Of a stretch of 64,000 bases of DNA, positions 44,001 through 52,178 are shown piece by piece; the stretch's first letter is position 1; every line of letters starts with the position of its first letter. A program made the position numbers and the translations under genes. The stretch is from a virus: positions 7,495 through 71,494 of IMG/VR virus record IMGVR_UViG_3300050343_000147; one strand, written 5' to 3'. The notes under the pieces were generated by a model. The model was not told where the DNA came from. It did not search any database and saw nothing but the letters and a program-made list of their open reading frames with translations.

Positions 44001-46076
44001 TTAAATCGACTTGGTTTTAATTGACTTACTCTGTCTAAAGCTCCAGTTATTTCTACTACATTTTCTTTTAATCTATAATCAGAAGATGTGTTAAATTGTG
44101 TATTAGAACCATCTGTTACAACTGAACCTACAACACCATTTGGATTAGTAAAATACATAGATACTGTTCCAGTTGTAGTTGCTGAACCAATCTTCACTAA
44201 ACCTTGATTAAGACTAATATTATTTGCACCATCACTATAAGATGCACCTGAAATTACAACTTCACCATCTGTGTATGATAGTCTACCCGCTGTTCTTTGC
44301 CACATATAATCAGACCCAAATATTTCAGGAGCCGTGTTAGCTTGATTTGAATTTGTTGTTTCAACTCTATACAAAACACCATACGAACTTGGATGATCAT
44401 TGTAAATACGAGCCTCGGTTCCACTTACGGTAAGTTCAGGATGATTACTTGTTGTTCCTCTTCTAGAAACTTCTCTAACCACCCAAGCTGTATTATTACT
44501 ATTAGCATATACTATATAGACAGAACTATTATATGTTCCAGTTCCAGTGGTTGTTAAAAAAAACTTATACTGATGTTTAGATGTTAAAGTAGTTCCTTGA
44601 AGTTGATTTAATGTTGCGACAAGATAATTACTAGGTCCTATACCTGCGGGTACAGTTCCTCCACTTGAATAAAATGTTTTATACCCTAATCCAACTCCGT
44701 AATTACCAGGTATTGTAAGTTTTTCACTAGGCGAATCCGTCCCAATCCCGACGTTTCCGTTTAAATTTACTCTTAAATGCTCTGTTGTTACATTACCTGT
44801 TATTCCTCCACCAATACCAACTGTAAAAACTGAGTTTGTTGCATAATAACCAGATGGTGTTCCATTCCCATCTGTAGTTACTAATAATATTGGTTTAGTT
44901 GGAACATATGAAGTACCTCCATCAGTACCAGAATTAGTACACAAAGTACTTTCCATTACCGTTAGTTTACTAGGAGGTCCTTGCGTTCCGATCCCGACGT
45001 TGCCGCTTCCTTTGATAGCCATTCTGATTTGAGGTGAAACAGCTGTTTTTGTTCTAAAATATATACTTCCATTATCATTATTAAATCTATTATCAATATA
45101 AGTATCACCATAATAATGATCACCTGTAATGTCAGTACCAGTAGCTGTTGTATCAGAATTCCTTAAAAATAAACCAGTGCTTGCAAAATCTGGCGCTGCT
45201 ATTTCTAATGCTTTACTACCAGCTCTAGTCCATCCGATAGGAAGATTACCTCCAATTGGTTCTGTTGCTGAAGGTGAATCCGTCCCGATCCCGACGTTGC
45301 CGCCATCATCAATAGTGACACGAGTACTAGAATGTCTATAGTCTCGTATACCAAAATGTCCTTCTCCGCCTTCACGTAAAGTAAAGCCCCATCTATTGAG
45401 AGATGGATTTAAGTTTGAAGGAGCAACAAAAGCTATAGGACTAGATGATACTACTTGTATAGCACCATCTGAAATATCATTGATATTATCTGAAGTCGCA
45501 ACTTCAAGTTTAGATTGAGGATCATTTGTTCCAATCCCGACGTTTCCGTCTGAAGCAATACGCATTTTTTCTGACTTAACATCACCATGTTCTGTTACAA
45601 AAGCCATATCAACAGATGCTGGACCTGAATCTAAAAATACAATACGAGCAATCCCTTGTCCTGATGTTCTACTGTCATACATTAATTGACCAAAAGTATT
45701 TATAGTAGCTGTTTGATTAGTAATATGAATTGTTGCTGTACCCGATCTTTGTCCTAAATCATCTGCAGGATTATAAATAACACTATTATTTTTTTCTACA
45801 TCTAACAAAGCTTGAGGTCCATTCGTACCGATCCCGACGTTGCCGTTATTAAAGTAAGAAGTTCCATTACCTCTAACAGAAAACAGTTCAGTTCCATCTT
45901 CCTTTCTTATAAGCAATGGTGCGTGACCTGAAGTACGACCTGCGGTAACTACAACACCACTGCTATCACCAGTATTTTCAAACCAACCTGCCCACCCTGC
46001 TGTAGAACGTATGCTTCTAATTCCATCACCAGAAACATCTAGTTTAAAACTTGGCGAATCCGTTCCAATTCCTACG
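39166..46076. repeat. Dispersed GC-rich 16-bp quasi-palindromic repeat (consensus on + strand CGTYCCRATYCCKACG) encoding NVGIGT junctions
   Basis: Copies at 39166, 39493, 39877, 40114, 40408, 40627, 42759, 43011, 44738, 44984, 45281, 45527, 45824 and 46061. Confidence 0.85.
41088..43790 (-). CDS. Tail fibre (900 aa) with GNVGIGT repeats and an S74 chaperone
   Basis: GNVGIG repeats and SDYRLKEDL...GVLAHELQELIPEVV...VDYSKLVP. Confidence 0.85.
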   Translation of the reverse strand: MANLSNINNKFLFTDGDFLKIGDLAPINNISGTESGISITNSNVASITLDTTAASGKKYVMYSSGNGSLVFWDSDAASARLTIDTSGNVGISETDPSGYWGQANNIVIDTSGNGGITIKSTSTGNGRLVFTDTKSSTAGNTDGGMITYNHTDNEMRFQTNGSQRMVIDSSGKILLNRSTYNFIGTNTSDAADNQRMILAGGGEASPSRGAQLQLYGNEYTGQGGNATLITGGTGYITFLTGSTITERMRIDSSGDVVIGTTSNSYNKGKLTVHNTPGAPATSGTSTTNVGFRLATTTGNSQVMDMGIYNASPYGAWIQVSGAGAMETTSLLVLNPNGGNVGIGTATPGSKLEVNVSDDTFNDIDVLKLRRTWSTGSGSDRAHGISFNDANSVNAAIYADRTNSGSNYKSDLVFITNTGASGTNTSEKMRISSNGAIGIGGANYGAAGEVLTSNGNAAPSWQAAGGSSPWTTTGNDIYNNNSGNVGIGTTSPDYLLDLYKSTGTTSSATGTTLQRLWNYVGSDLNQQKTFIDFVFQDDNANEYPQVRIGAEVGQNGDANTQEKEGSGAFVVYTNNATGVGPGTPTGLAERFRVDYAGNVGIQNTTPSSHPSNRNTLVVGSGVNSGSGTADAGITIFTAPSVFPNQDYATLTFASNTNSYNSANFEFKYLNRDNNQFADSNPSLVLYKGTDKFIGITEQSNQSFIPRIVLQPNYYNSSVTAGNLDQALVTIPLNSGLNNPGVAINGDSSGNSNPFIGMVSTSSSSQITTKFIRFYHNTTLCGTIQKGYNSNSVQYLTTSDYRLKEDLKPFKALDTICKINVYNYKWKDIEGYNVNYGVLAHELQELIPEVVAGEKDEINKKGEEEYQSVDYSKLVPHLIQSIQELKADNDSLKARIETLENN

Positions 46077-46354
46077 TTTCCTCCATCTTTAACTGTCAAA
46101 CCAACACCACTGTCATCAAATAAATTTATATTTTTATTATTTGAAGCCTGTATTGTAAATTGATTACCACCACCACCAACGTCTCCGTATTTAATATTAT
46201 CTCTATAAACTTGATAAGAAGTAAAACTTGCGCCATTATCAATTCTAATTGAACCACCTACTTCCAGTTTTTCATTTGGACCTGTGCTATTAATACCCAC
46301 ATTACCTCCAGTTGTTACTAGGAACTTATTATTTATATTAGATAAATTAGCCAT
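43790..46354 (-). CDS. Tail fibre (854 aa) with GNVGIGT repeats and an S74 chaperone
   Basis: Seven GNVGI repeats and SDYRLKENV...GFLAHEVQEIVPEAI...IDQSKLVP. Confidence 0.85.
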   Translation of the reverse strand: MANLSNINNKFLVTTGGNVGINSTGPNEKLEVGGSIRIDNGASFTSYQVYRDNIKYGDVGGGGNQFTIQASNNKNINLFDDSGVGLTVKDGGNVGIGTDSPSFKLDVSGDGIRSIRSTAGWAGWFENTGDSSGVVVTAGRTSGHAPLLIRKEDGTELFSVRGNGTSYFNNGNVGIGTNGPQALLDVEKNNSVIYNPADDLGQRSGTATIHITNQTATINTFGQLMYDSRTSGQGIARIVFLDSGPASVDMAFVTEHGDVKSEKMRIASDGNVGIGTNDPQSKLEVATSDNINDISDGAIQVVSSSPIAFVAPSNLNPSLNRWGFTLREGGEGHFGIRDYRHSSTRVTIDDGGNVGIGTDSPSATEPIGGNLPIGWTRAGSKALEIAAPDFASTGLFLRNSDTTATGTDITGDHYYGDTYIDNRFNNDNGSIYFRTKTAVSPQIRMAIKGSGNVGIGTQGPPSKLTVMESTLCTNSGTDGGTSYVPTKPILLVTTDGNGTPSGYYATNSVFTVGIGGGITGNVTTEHLRVNLNGNVGIGTDSPSEKLTIPGNYGVGLGYKTFYSSGGTVPAGIGPSNYLVATLNQLQGTTLTSKHQYKFFLTTTGTGTYNSSVYIVYANSNNTAWVVREVSRRGTTSNHPELTVSGTEARIYNDHPSSYGVLYRVETTNSNQANTAPEIFGSDYMWQRTAGRLSYTDGEVVISGASYSDGANNISLNQGLVKIGSATTTGTVSMYFTNPNGVVGSVVTDGSNTQFNTSSDYRLKENVVEITGALDRVSQLKPSRFNFIADADKTVDGFLAHEVQEIVPEAITGIKDGVDEKGNPEYQGIDQSKLVPLLVAAIQELKAEIELLKSK

Positions 46355-46362
46355 ATATTATT

Positions 46363-49300
46363 TTATGATGTGTATCTAGTTACAGCAGTTGCTCCTTGAC
46401 CTACTTGAATTGTGTAGTGTATATCTTGAGTTGTAGTTGCGGCAATTTCACACTTAACAGTATCACCACCTACACCTTGACCATCGTCAGTAAAAGTAAC
46501 TACATAGTCACCATTTGTAGCGGCGCCACTATCTATTATTTTGTTATAATTTGGAGCTGTATTCAACCTGTGTGCTACAGTGTATTTTTTACAAGAATAT
46601 CCAGAAGTTGCAGATGTTAAGTAAACATCAAAAATTAAAGCTCCAGTTGTTGTTCTTGTTAATCTAAATAATGTTGCAGCTGCAGCTCCACCAGTAAAAC
46701 TTTTACTTCCGTTAAATATACCAGATTTTCCACCACCATGTATTATATCACCATCAACAGTTAAGTTACCGTCGATTTCTACATCACCTGAAAAAGTTGC
46801 ATTTTGTGATGAATCTAATGTAAGTGCTAATGTATCTGCTTGACCTGCACCTCCACCAGTTCTAAAATGTAAATTTCCACTTCCTGCAGTTGCACCATAT
46901 GCTCTTATTCTTAAACTATCTCCTGACCTATCTAATACACCTGCACTTGTTTTTGAAGTTGTTAAAGCACCCTTCCAAACTATTGCTCCATTTACTTCAA
47001 GTTTTTCGGTTAAAGAAGTTTCATTAATTCCTACATTACCAGAATTGTCTATTGTTAATCTTTTTGAACCACCTGTATAAAACTCTAAATTTTGACCATA
47101 AGGAGCAGTCGAAGCATCTTCCCCAGAATTTTTAATATAAGGAGCAGCACCTGCTGAATTTTGAAATCTTAATTGAGCACCAACTGTTTGTAGTTGAACA
47201 TTTCCTGAACTATCTATTGTTAATTTTGTATTAGCGTTTGTCTTAAAAGTCATTTCTTTACCGACATTATCATATAAAATACCACCATTATCAAAGTCTG
47301 CTTGATTACCAAAATCTAATATAGAAGTGCCTTCACTTGTGAATGAAGCCCTTGTATTTCCTGAAGCAGTTGATAATTTTAATACACTTCCTGTTGCCCC
47401 TTTCGGTGTACCACTACCTGCAATTAATACAGGTGCTGTTACATTTCCTGAAACAGTAAGTTCTGTACCTCCTGCATTTTGAGAAACCATTGAATCACCA
47501 AGACTAGTTGTTGTGCTCCAAACTGGTAAAGTATATTGTGTACCTGTACCTGGTTGAGCAGATCCTGTTATAGTTATTGTTCCAGCACTTTCAGCCACTG
47601 TTATACCACTAGCACCTGTAAATGTTGCTGTATCAGTTGTACTTATGTTAGTTGTATTCGTTCCATCAGATAAAGTCCAGTATTGGTAATTATCTAAAGT
47701 TGGAAATGCAACTAAATTTAATTCACCGTTTATATAATCTGTAGAAGCTCCAGCGCCTGCAATGTTAATATCACCACTACTTGTTATTGGTGAGTTTGTT
47801 ATAGTAAGTGCGTCACCAGTTTCTGTTAAACCTACACTTGTAACTGTACCTGTTGTTGGTGTTGTCCATGTGTTAACTGAAGCAGAACCTCCACCTGATG
47901 TTAGTACTTGTCCAGCTGTACCGTAAGTTGCAGCACCTAAACTAATCCCTTCGTTTATTCTTAATGTTTCTTCAAAAACAGCAGGACCTTTTACAGTTGT
48001 ACTGTCTGTATCAGCATCACCAAGCGTTGTATTACCTTCAACTACAAAGTTACCAGAGTTACCAACAGTAACCGTAGTACCATCATCTGCTATAAGACCA
48101 GTTGCTAAAGTATTAGATCCAGTCCATTTAGCTATTTTATTTGCAGTACCACTTCCAAGTATAGCAGAAGTGTTATCTATTTTTTGCCAAGTATCAGTTG
48201 CCCCGACTTCTACGAATATAGCCCAATCACCAACTTGCCAATCAGTTATACCATCTAAGTTTGTAGCACCTGCAACACTTACAATATAAAATTCACCAGT
48301 TACACCTGTGCCACTAGCAAGTGTTGGCGTATTAGTGCTAGCGTTCCACGTTCCTTTGTATACAAGACCTTGTGGTATACCTGTTATTTGACCTTGTAAT
48401 TTTGCCATTGCAGCAAGTATCGTGTCAGATGCAGCGATTGCAGCAGAAGTTGGAGTTGGTAAGTTTGTAAGAACTTTACCGGTTACAGTGGTATCGGCTA
48501 TTGTAGTTGGTATTGTAACAGCGCCACCTGATGTATAAGTGTGAGGACCACCTGTTGATACGGCATCACCTGAAATTGCAATAGCTCCAGACGATGCTAA
48601 AGCTGTTGCTGTACTTGCATTACCAGTTAAAGCACCTACAAAATCTGTAGATGTAATACTTGTGTAACCTGTGTATGCACCAGCTGACCCAGTAAATGTA
48701 CCGTCAGTTAATACGCCACCAACCTCTAGTTCACCAGCTATAGCTACTTTACCAGTTGCACCGCCTGCAAAAGTAAATCCTGCAGCACCTGTTAGTGTAT
48801 CAGTGTCTGACCAGTATGTAACTTGATTAGCTGCACCAGATCCGTCTGGCACACCTGTTGTAGCTATTGTTAAATCAAAGTTAGCTGCATCCCAAGTTGT
48901 AGTTATATTAGTACCATCAGTTACCGTGACAGCAGTGCCACTAGGTATAGCTGTACCTTCTAAGCTCCAATTGTATAATGGAACTTCTGTAACCCAGTTA
49001 GTACCAGAACCTGTAGACGATAGTATTTGACCTGCAGTACCTATATCACCGCTTGAATCAGAGTATGATCCTGTATTTATTAAACTAGCAAACGTACCTG
49101 ATGTTGTAGCTTCAAAAGCTCCAGTTACTTTAGCACCACCTACTAGTGTTTCTATTTTTTTAGAGCCTTCAAAGTTTAAATCAACCCCGGCTTTACCGTT
49201 TAAAATTAATTTTTTAGCAGTTGCTGTAGCTGATATATCTATATCACCTGAACTGTTGGATATTGTAGTTTTACCTTCAGTATTTACAATTTTTAAATCA

Positions 49301-49935
49301 GTACCATCATGTTCTATTATAGCATCTGATCCAGTACCAAGAATAACTTTTGATGTATCCGTGAAAGTAATGTCATCACCTGCTGAAACCACTATATCAG
49401 ATCCACTAGTTGTATTACCATTAGCTAATACTTCTTGTAACGTGTCGTATAACCCAACTTTAGTGTCAACATAAGTTTTTATTGCTAATGTACTTACTAC
49501 ATTGTCATTTGCTGCTCCTGTTAAATTAGAATTGTTTATTAAGTTAGTACCAGATATTGGGCCATCAATAACTAAAGCAGTTAAACTACCTAAACTTGTA
49601 ATATTAGGTTGAACTGGAGTAGCTATTGTACCTGTGAACGCCGTTGAGTTAACATTTGTAAAACCTGTTGCTGTAGTACCAGTGATACTAACACCTCCTG
49701 TTGTTACAAAGTTTCCACCTCTAAAAGCATTGTTAGTTAAGTTTATATCTCTACCAGTTGCTACATTACCAAGATCTAATACTGTTTGTAAATCTCCAGT
49801 TGCTATAGTTACAAGATCTATTACACTTTGTATAGTAAAATTCTTAGTGGCTTTATTGCTACTGCTTACATCTGTACCTAATATAAGGTCGGTTCTTTCT
49901 GGATTAACCGTGGGATATGAATATATTATTGCCAT
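46363..49935 (-). CDS. Tail fibre (1190 aa), no S74 domain
   Basis: Shares the MAIIYSYP N-terminus and the GTAGQxLSS, LQxVxxxGN and YKGTWNAS modules with the 1924-aa fibre. Confidence 0.75.
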   Translation of the reverse strand: MAIIYSYPTVNPERTDLILGTDVSSSNKATKNFTIQSVIDLVTIATGDLQTVLDLGNVATGRDINLTNNAFRGGNFVTTGGVSITGTTATGFTNVNSTAFTGTIATPVQPNITSLGSLTALVIDGPISGTNLINNSNLTGAANDNVVSTLAIKTYVDTKVGLYDTLQEVLANGNTTSGSDIVVSAGDDITFTDTSKVILGTGSDAIIEHDGTDLKIVNTEGKTTISNSSGDIDISATATAKKLILNGKAGVDLNFEGSKKIETLVGGAKVTGAFEATTSGTFASLINTGSYSDSSGDIGTAGQILSSTGSGTNWVTEVPLYNWSLEGTAIPSGTAVTVTDGTNITTTWDAANFDLTIATTGVPDGSGAANQVTYWSDTDTLTGAAGFTFAGGATGKVAIAGELEVGGVLTDGTFTGSAGAYTGYTSITSTDFVGALTGNASTATALASSGAIAISGDAVSTGGPHTYTSGGAVTIPTTIADTTVTGKVLTNLPTPTSAAIAASDTILAAMAKLQGQITGIPQGLVYKGTWNASTNTPTLASGTGVTGEFYIVSVAGATNLDGITDWQVGDWAIFVEVGATDTWQKIDNTSAILGSGTANKIAKWTGSNTLATGLIADDGTTVTVGNSGNFVVEGNTTLGDADTDSTTVKGPAVFEETLRINEGISLGAATYGTAGQVLTSGGGSASVNTWTTPTTGTVTSVGLTETGDALTITNSPITSSGDINIAGAGASTDYINGELNLVAFPTLDNYQYWTLSDGTNTTNISTTDTATFTGASGITVAESAGTITITGSAQPGTGTQYTLPVWSTTTSLGDSMVSQNAGGTELTVSGNVTAPVLIAGSGTPKGATGSVLKLSTASGNTRASFTSEGTSILDFGNQADFDNGGILYDNVGKEMTFKTNANTKLTIDSSGNVQLQTVGAQLRFQNSAGAAPYIKNSGEDASTAPYGQNLEFYTGGSKRLTIDNSGNVGINETSLTEKLEVNGAIVWKGALTTSKTSAGVLDRSGDSLRIRAYGATAGSGNLHFRTGGGAGQADTLALTLDSSQNATFSGDVEIDGNLTVDGDIIHGGGKSGIFNGSKSFTGGAAAATLFRLTRTTTGALIFDVYLTSATSGYSCKKYTVAHRLNTAPNYNKIIDSGAATNGDYVVTFTDDGQGVGGDTVKCEIAATTTQDIHYTIQVGQGATAVTRYTS

Positions 49936-49936
49936 G

Positions 49937-50554
49937 TTATATTAGTTTATAAATTTTTAAAGATGCACTTGGCACTTGTGTAGCCCAGTTATTAGTTATA
50001 AGCTGATATTCTAAAGTTGGTTGTGCACCTTGAGAATCCCATAAGCCTCTGAATAAATAATATGTACCTGCTACAGTTATATTAACGATGTTAGTGATAG
50101 ATATTCTTTTTCTGTCTGAACTAGCATTTGCATACCATCGTTCTGCGACAGTTGGTCCTACTTGAGACAAACCATCTTGTTCTGTTTTAAATACCGGGAA
50201 TAATTGACCACCTGCTGTACCTGAAACCAGATACTCTTGTTCTATATAGTATGAACCCTTACTATTAAAGGTTATTTTTCCTGTAGCTGCTGTATAAGAT
50301 ACGTGTGTACCTGTAATATCATCTGCACCAAATATAATAACATCACCCGCTTGTGTTAAAGGGATAGATGCTGTAGTTTCTGTTTGTAATTGCTGAAAGA
50401 AGTTTTGATCAACTAACGATTTAATGCTTGAAAATGTGTATTGTACTGTGGGGTTTCCTAATACAGGAGCACCTACACTATCCACAGTATTGGATCCTAA
50501 TACCTTGTCCGCTAGTTGCGGATCTAATATAGGATATGAAGAGATTTGAGCCAT
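49937..50554 (-). CDS. Putative fibre-associated protein (205 aa; possible C1q/TNF-like C-terminus)
   Basis: MAQISSYP N-terminus related to the fibre N-termini. GKITFNSKGSYYI is C1q-like. First gene of the late arm. Confidence 0.5.
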   Translation of the reverse strand: MAQISSYPILDPQLADKVLGSNTVDSVGAPVLGNPTVQYTFSSIKSLVDQNFFQQLQTETTASIPLTQAGDVIIFGADDITGTHVSYTAATGKITFNSKGSYYIEQEYLVSGTAGGQLFPVFKTEQDGLSQVGPTVAERWYANASSDRKRISITNIVNITVAGTYYLFRGLWDSQGAQPTLEYQLITNNWATQVPSASLKIYKLI

Positions 50555-50645
50555 AGTTTTTTTTATTTATATTCTGTCTACGCTGTAAACATGTGAATTT
50601 ATGTGATTTCTCTAACGGACTTTTGGTAAAGCGCGCTATGATAGA

Positions 50646-50654
50646 TAATATCAC
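50646..50654 (-). promoter_or_regulatory. Candidate late promoter GTGATATTA heading the structural arm
   Basis: Similar motifs occur in intergenic gaps at 9215-9223(-), 15436-15444(-), 30721-30729(-), 59039-59047(+) and 60910-60918(+). Confidence 0.4.
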
Positions 50655-50701
50655 AGGTTTTTAACAAGGTTTACTAGTAGTATATAGAGAGTATTTGAAT
50701 A

Positions 50702-50748
50702 GTGTGACAATAGCCTGTTACTATACTACCTTAATAGCCTTATGTCAC
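50702..50748. repeat. Dyad site, copy 1 (half-sites GTGACAWWAGS)
   Basis: GTGTGACAATAGCCTGTTACTAT...GCCTTATGTCAC matches the reverse complement of 57580-57625 at 20 of the first 23 nt and 9 of the last 11 nt. Confidence 0.75.
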
Positions 50749-50948
50749 TGTTTTCATTCTGAAAAAGTGTTGGTTATATAGAATTATGGTGTTACCCCTA
50801 TCCCTCTGGTTATCAACGTGTTACACAAAACGGTTTTCAAATGACGGCCCGGCCCCACTTTTTTTCACAATTGTGTAAATGTTTTACCTTTTTTGTTCAA
50901 TATCGTGTACATGTTTACATATTCACTACAACTACTAACTATTTACTA

Positions 50949-50981
50949 TTACAAACTAAATACGAGTCTACTTGGATAATA
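50949..50981 (+). promoter_or_regulatory. Early repeat motif, copy 1 (putative phage early promoter)
   Basis: TTACAAACTAAATACGA-gtctactt-GGATAATA. Confidence 0.7.
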
Positions 50982-51063
50982 TAGATGTAAGTAATTAATT
51001 AATACTAGTTACTTCACAAGAATGAGTGTGGGAGTAAGATAATTAACACTATAAAAATATACT

Positions 51064-51189
51064 ATGAATAAATTAATACAAGAATTAAAAATAAAGTTTC
51101 CATACAATGAAACAATGTGTAAAGATAAGTACAATGAGACTATACTAGATTATCTATATGAAGAAATTGTAGTAGAACTTACAAACTAA
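51064..51189 (+). CDS. Small early protein (41 aa)
   Basis: MNKLIQELKIKFPY...ELTN*. The stop lies inside motif copy 2. Confidence 0.5.
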   Translation: MNKLIQELKIKFPYNETMCKDKYNETILDYLYEEIVVELTN

Positions 51190-51211
51190 ATACGACACAA
51201 ACTGGATAATA
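51179..51211 (+). promoter_or_regulatory. Early repeat motif, copy 2
   Basis: TTACAAACTAAATACGA-cacaaact-GGATAATA. Confidence 0.7.
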
Positions 51212-51254
51212 TAAATGTAAAACAACTAATAAATAATAAATAAATAAATATAAT

Positions 51255-51482
51255 ATGAGTAATTTAAAATCAAAAAGATTTGTCATCAGACAGTCACTAA
51301 TCGGAAAAAATGTAACAATAGAATTTACAAACAAGAAAGGTATTACATACACTTACAATCATGACATAGCGTTCAACATTATGAAAAGTAAGTTACAAAG
51401 TATGAATTGCTTTCAAAAATACAAGTCTTACACTGCAACAAATAATATTCCAGTTGCACTAAGAAATGTAGAGTTAGTATAA
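51255..51482 (+). CDS. Early hypothetical protein (75 aa)
   Basis: Intact ORF with an A-rich leader. Confidence 0.65.
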   Translation: MSNLKSKRFVIRQSLIGKNVTIEFTNKKGITYTYNHDIAFNIMKSKLQSMNCFQKYKSYTATNNIPVALRNVELV

Positions 51483-51539
51483 TAATCTAACAAGTGTGCG
51501 TTCAGTATTTTCTACACTATAAACACAGTTGAATACTTA

Positions 51540-51583
51540 TGACATAATGGTTTATGTGAGTTCGATTCTCACCATGTCAACTA
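51540..51583 (+). ncRNA. tRNA-like minihelix (acceptor stem plus T-arm only)
   Basis: TGACATA-atggtttat-GTGAG-TTCGATT-CTCAC-CATGTCA-A-CTA: a perfect T-arm and 6/7-bp acceptor stem, with no D or anticodon arm. Confidence 0.55.
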
Positions 51584-51599
51584 ATCTTAAAAATAATAT

Positions 51600-51692
51600 A
51601 TGACTAATTTACAAAAATTCAATGTACTAATTGTACTTACACTAATCATCGTTTTAACTAACGTAATTAATAACGGCGGATTTTTACTATGA
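51600..51692 (+). CDS. Tiny hydrophobic peptide (30 aa)
   Basis: MTNLQKFNVLIVLTLIIVLTNVINNGGFLL*, with an ATGA overlap onto the next ORF. Confidence 0.45.
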   Translation: MTNLQKFNVLIVLTLIIVLTNVINNGGFLL

Positions 51693-51847
51693 TTGCTGTA
51701 ATGGATAACTACGATTTCACTTGGGCTATACTTGCTCAAATGAAAGATGAACTAACAAGAGAAGATGTGTTAGGCATACTAGAAACTCACAAAAATTGTT
51801 TCACTGATGCAACTAACTACAAACTAAACACGATCACTAATGGATAA
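51689..51847 (+). CDS. Small early protein (52 aa)
   Basis: MIAVMDNYDFTWAIL...NYKLNTITNG*. Ends inside motif copy 3. Confidence 0.5.
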   Translation: MIAVMDNYDFTWAILAQMKDELTREDVLGILETHKNCFTDATNYKLNTITNG

Positions 51848-51849
51848 TA
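51817..51849 (+). promoter_or_regulatory. Early repeat motif, copy 3
   Basis: CTACAAACTAAACACGA-tcactaat-GGATAATA (2 mismatches). Confidence 0.65.
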
Positions 51850-51854
51850 ATAAT

Positions 51855-52076
51855 ATGAATAAACAATATATAGACTATCCCGCTTCAGAAATCAAAGCAA
51901 AGTTACAACAATGTCTTGACTATGAAGCAAAATACGGTGAAATACCACAAGTAACTGCTGTCAAAAAATGGTGTCAAAGCTATGAGTATCGCAAGAATGA
52001 GTGGCAATGGCGACAAAATGTAGCTAAATCAATTAACTTTAATACTAACTACACTAAACCTTATTACAATGGATAA
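51855..52076 (+). CDS. Early hypothetical protein
   Basis: ORF track gives 51840-52076. The ATG at 51855 (MNKQYIDYP) is preferred because it follows the motif like the other copies. Confidence 0.6.
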   Translation: MNKQYIDYPASEIKAKLQQCLDYEAKYGEIPQVTAVKKWCQSYEYRKNEWQWRQNVAKSINFNTNYTKPYYNG

Positions 52077-52178
52077 AACAAAAGAATTAGTTGTTCGAAG
52101 AAAAATTTGGTGAAGGATCACTAGAGTTTGCAATAGAACAAGGTTTTGACAAAGAAGAATTACTAAACAATATATAAT

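Noticed and set aside
32944-49935. Diversity-generating retroelement or invertase shufflon acting on the fibres
   Set aside because: No reverse transcriptase, no TR/VR pair differing at adenines and no invertase were seen, and all junction repeats are in direct orientation with no inverted silent cassettes.
197-49945. Numerous short plus-strand ORFs in the ORF track within the structural arm
   Set aside because: They are antisense shadows of long minus-strand genes, with biased Ser/Leu/Phe/Pro/Val composition and no recognisable motifs.
50949-50965. Reverse complement of the early motif (TCGTATTTAGTTTGTAA) as a Bacteroidota -7 promoter box
   Set aside because: It gives TAGTTTG, one base short of TAnnTTTG, and would point antisense to all neighbouring ORFs.
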